DNA of 32,000 nucleotides from Bellilinea caldifistulae (GTDB lineage: Bacteria; Chloroflexota; Anaerolineae; Anaerolineales; Anaerolineaceae), in NCBI RefSeq assembly GCF_001306055.1, contig NZ_LGHJ01000014.1:60001-92000 (forward strand), given 5' to 3'. The notes below the pieces were generated by a model that saw only the letters and a list, made by a program, of their open reading frames with translations, searched no databases and was not told the DNA's origin. The position numbers were made by a program, and so were the translations under genes. The number at the start of each line of letters is the position of its first letter. The first letter of the stretch is position 1. Below, piece by piece: positions 31,108 to 32,000 of the stretch.

Positions 31108-32000
31108 CTCGAAAATTACGCGTGGTTTCGATTTTCGGCACCCGCCCGGAGGCGGTTAAAATGGCGCCAGTGGTTCAGGCTTTGGCCAGGACGCCGGAAA
31201 TTGATTCGCGGGTGATTGTCACTGCCCAACACCGCCAGATGCTGGATCAGGTGCTGGATTTGTTTGGCATTCGGCCGGATTACGACCTGAATCTGATGCA
31301 GCCCAATCAAACCCTGGCGCAGTTGACAGCAGCCATCTTCACCCATCTTGACCCCGTGCTCCGCCATCTCCAGCCGGACTGGATGCTGGTTCAGGGTGAT
31401 ACCACCACTGTTATGGCAGCCGCCCTGTTGGGGTATTACCAACGGATTAAGGTGGGACATGTCGAAGCCGGTTTGCGTTCCGGTGACCGCTGGCAACCTT
31501 TTCCGGAGGAGGTCAACCGGCGGGTTGCCAGCGTGGTTGCGGATTTGCACCTTGCTCCAACCCGGCACAGTCGTCAAAATCTGCTGCGCGAAGGGGTCGA
31601 GGAATGGCGGATTGTTGTTACCGGTAACCCGGTCATTGATGCGTTGAATGAGATTGTGCGCCGGCCGATGCCGGCGGAAGCAGGCCAGATTCTTGACCGC
31701 TATCAGATTGGCCGGCAGGGCAGGCAACTGGTGCTGGTTACCGCTCATCGGCGCGAGAATTTTGGAGAACCGCTGGAAGCAATCTGCTGCGCCTTGAAGC
31801 AGCTGTCTGAGCGGTATAAGGATAAAATCCAGATCATTTATCCGGTGCACCTGAATCCGAATGTTCAAGAGCCGGTTTACCGCCTGCTCGATGGAGTGGC
31901 GAACATTGCCCTGTTGCCGCCGCTGGAGTATCTGACGATGGTGCATTTGCTGCAAGCCGCCCGTCTGGTGTTGACCGATTCGGGTGGTATTCAAGAAGAG
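31104..32000 (+). CDS. wecB: UDP-N-acetylglucosamine 2-epimerase, non-hydrolysing (5' part; continues past the window end)
   Basis: This gene is not in the ORF track because there is no stop within the window. My own translation from ATG 31104 gives [79 protein letters not shown]...[34 protein letters not shown]...PFPEEVNRR. This is canonical WecB/MnaA. The frame stays open for 299 codons to base 32000. Confidence 0.9.
   Translation, partial: [299 protein letters not shown]

Noticed and set aside
31116-31994. 292-aa minus-strand ORF, the only ORF the track reports in this interval
   Set aside because: It is a shadow ORF antisense to the clearly homologous plus-strand wecB (open from 31104 to the window end). 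Its translation is low-complexity and Gln/Arg/His-rich, with no recognisable family.

Overview
This window is a gene-dense chromosomal segment, roughly mid-50s % GC by eye, and mostly housekeeping. I found no rRNA, tRNA, CRISPR array, integrase, intact IS element or recognisable defence system. The protein sequences and several SD-less gene starts suggest a Chloroflexota (Anaerolineae-like) monoderm, but that is a guess I cannot test here.

Confident calls:
- Minus strand: a YjbQ-family protein, ppk1, a 7TM-PAS-PAS-GGDEF cyclase, ftsK, a SagB/nitroreductase-like protein and murJ.
- Plus strand: an isochorismatase-family hydrolase, thrS, metK, a CbpA-type J-protein, an HtrA protease, polA, a large TPR protein and wecC. 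A 5'-partial wecB is missing from the ORF track because it runs off the right edge.
- metK is preceded by a textbook SAM-I riboswitch with a perfect 13-bp terminator. Its true start is 8746, not 8629.

Three loci deserve a second look:
1. 20537..22045 encodes a pseudo-receiver fused to a clearly IS200/IS605-like (Y1 HUH) transposase fold. The HUH motif has become YLL and the catalytic Tyr has become Phe. The gene sits 42 bp upstream of polA.
2. 16178..20373 is a tightly packed five-gene minus-strand cluster: a rhomboid protease, a membrane-anchored SDH/ClpP-fold protease and three bitopic coiled-coil proteins. One of these carries an N-terminal, predicted cytoplasmic, ComEA-type HhH DNA-binding domain. 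The other two look like paralogues.
3. 14990..16090 is a bacterial eRF1/Pelota/Vms1-like protein with a Gln-less GGQ-equivalent loop (RGGAS) and a CxxC..CxxC zinc ribbon. It is the last gene of a cbpA-htrA-X proteostasis unit.

All family assignments come from reading the translated sequences and recalling motifs. No database search was run.
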